A stretch of 64,000 bases of DNA, taken from assembly GCA_035285585.1 (NCBI GenBank), contig JAYKGU010000107.1:2864-66863 (forward strand), given 5' to 3'. Positions within the stretch are counted from its first letter, which is position 1. Every line of letters begins with the position of its first letter. Below the pieces are notes generated by a model. The model worked only from the letters and a program-made list of their open reading frames with translations. It was not told where the DNA came from and searched no databases. The DNA is from Synechococcales cyanobacterium (GTDB lineage Bacteria > Cyanobacteriota > Cyanobacteriia > CAKZMO01). The position numbers were made by a program, and so were the translations under genes. Positions 63,101-64,000 of the stretch are shown here, piece after piece.

Positions 63101-63861
63101 CCTTGTCCATTCCCTTCCCCCCCGATACTGATGGCAGCGGCATTCCAGATTGGCGCGAATTGCCCATCAATACTACGGGAACTCCTGGGCCGGATGTCAT
63201 TGTTGGCGGTGCGGGCGACAATGTCCTCAATGGCTTCAGCGACCCGGATATCCTTACGGGTGGAAACGGCAACGATCGCATCAATGGCGGTAGTGATTCG
63301 GATGTGCTCACCGGTGGCGCAGGCGATGACCTGATCAATGGGGGGAGCGGCAGGGACCGCATGGACGGCGGCAGCGGCAACGACGCCATGAACGGTGGCA
63401 GCGGCAACGACATCATGCTGGGCCGCAGCGGTAATGACATCATGAGCGGTGGCCGAGGTCGCGACCTGATGCGCGGTGGCAGCGGACGGGACGAGATGAG
63501 CGGTGATGCTGGACGAGATGCCCTTTTCGGCGAAGGCGGGCGGGACATCATCGACGGCGGGCGTGGTGGTGACACGATCGTCGGTGGCTTCGGAGCTGAT
63601 CAGCTAATGGGTGGTCAGGGGCGCGATCGCTTCGTCTATGAAAGCATCCGCGACTTTGGCGACACCATCCTGGACTTCGAAATCGTCAAAGACATCCTGG
63701 TCTTCAACATCAACGGCATTGACTCCCTGGACGATCTGGTGCTTCGCCAACAGGGGAGCAACACCCTGGTACAGGCCCGCACCGGAGGGGGACTACGGGA
63801 AGTGGCAACCCTGATTGCCGTGGAAGCCGACACGCTGGACGCTGCGAACTTCAGTTTCTAA
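60172..63861 (+). CDS. Large secreted adhesin: DUF4347 + Ig/cadherin-like repeats + DxDxDG Ca-binding repeats + RTX repeats
   Basis: LHIVAHGAPG, LYGCQVG, GGNWELD (DUF4347); three PxAxxD..VTYxP..FxYTV repeats; DTDGDGIPD..DSDNDG repeats; GGxGxD nonapeptides. Confidence 0.88.
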   Translation: MNQTNLHSPAGGRALHYSYPPNATTLVVFDTKVNDYLSLTAGVRADAAVLILHPDQDGVQQITQALQASPSVQRLHIVAHGAPGSVELGDRPLSLTTLKDYLWELQHWFTDRSTPDRCSISLYGCQVGAGDAGAEFLQALHQITGASIAASTTLVGNAALGGNWELDATVGTPEKGLAIAPDTRDAYTGVLVSLTFENPVLESGPGTGLQVGAVYRYTGVATDPDTGAVLDALITIEAFNGGATVANIDATPLPDFTSAFQPSIRGNGPESSVDFLIEFVVSGTNTPVIAPDFPAIVLDLDGSGGSATNTGREFAELSSVAAVTTLQDSLVTVEPSLAFGASGRRFLGAEQNFDFGNNEDGIDARLAVAIGYTGVSSFRLRAGVLDAETAPNNMGNRLFAISFDESLLPQITPPVIVPVNAPPAPDDDAATTSVNVPVTIPILVGDSDPEDGALTVTNITLLNGVTATVGTPVSLPSGATVTLNANGTVTYVPPAGFVGTEAFPYTVTDSGGINRSATVTVTVQDGPPVNTPPVATNDTASYLPNTPVTLDLLANDTDNEDPNNVPAGGITAINGTPIAVGQSVTLPSGSVVLLNADGTVTYTPAPGQTGVEEFSYTITDSGEATDTAIATLTPGDDGGPFPPTATNDTAGTSPDTPVTLNLLGNDTDPEDGIPGGGITQINGVDIVPGTPATLPSGGIVLLNNDGTVTYTPPAGFLGVETFTYTVADSDGLTSTANVSVTVSATDTDGDGIPDAIDIDDDNDGIPDTVEEMGSPDLDTDGDGIPDRLDLDSDNDGILDVEEAGHDVGDPDGDGRLDGPYGPNGLADIVETAPESDLINYIVVDTDGDGVRDFQDLDSDNDGITDVVEGSATGQNPDPDGDGIIGTGTPVDTDGDGIADDVDPDNGGTPSPVPDTDGDGKKDYRDIDTDNDGIFDLIEQGGGYPDTNGDGVVDGVDTDGDGILDPVDEAEGSFGSAPLSIPFPPDTDGSGIPDWRELPINTTGTPGPDVIVGGAGDNVLNGFSDPDILTGGNGNDRINGGSDSDVLTGGAGDDLINGGSGRDRMDGGSGNDAMNGGSGNDIMLGRSGNDIMSGGRGRDLMRGGSGRDEMSGDAGRDALFGEGGRDIIDGGRGGDTIVGGFGADQLMGGQGRDRFVYESIRDFGDTILDFEIVKDILVFNINGIDSLDDLVLRQQGSNTLVQARTGGGLREVATLIAVEADTLDAANFSF

Positions 63862-63930
63862 AGCGCCTCTAGTGGGTCATTTACTTCACTCTTCGGATCG
63901 TGAATTAAATAACCTGCAATTATCCGGCCT

Positions 63931-63958
63931 GTAGGGGCAGGGAATTCCCTGCCCCTAC
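63931..63958. repeat. GTAG-type REP-like palindrome
   Basis: GTAGGGGCAGGGAATTCCCTGCCCCTAC is a perfect 28-bp palindrome; related GTAGGG..CCCTAC sequences at ~8620, ~10432, 12185-12254 and ~36300. Confidence 0.7.
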
Positions 63959-64000
63959 CCCAGGAATTTCACATTAAACTCACGTCCCTTAGCCTTTGCC

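Overview
Chromosomal window from a fairly GC-rich cyanobacterium. The HIP1 octamer GCGATCGC is very frequent. hetR is present, and the gene set and base composition suggest a non-heterocystous filamentous Leptolyngbya/Nodosilinea-like organism (inference). Main content, in order: 3' end of aroC; a CBS-GAF (DXCF cyanobacteriochrome) histidine kinase and a hybrid kinase; the NDH-1(3) CO2-uptake operon ndhF3-ndhD3-cupA-cupS; an EPS/cyanoexosortase B operon; moeB-JAB, leuB, hetR, glycerate kinase and an ArnT-like glycosyltransferase; a minD-like/glsA operon ending in an internally deleted gene; pyrB with an in-frame tandem-repeat insertion; a HetC-like C39 exporter, HlyD and HetP-like cluster; a PEP-CTERM protein; a short DAHP synthase; a DUF6875-like gene; a stand-alone A-T-TE NRPS; guaD; two MscS genes; cytM; and a large RTX adhesin. 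The top finding is two consecutive Phe/Trp-rich leader peptides (MRRFFFWFWFIPVHQR and MPASLICPSFFSFFFFWPLTSSG) upstream of the DAHP synthase gene. Each has its own intrinsic terminator and a mutually exclusive antiterminator, i.e. an apparent tandem ribosome-mediated attenuator. The DAHP synthase it controls lacks the usual allosteric domain. Several MITE/REP-like repeat families are nested in one another, sit at stop codons, and supply C-termini to genes. All calls come from manual reading; no searches or folding were run.
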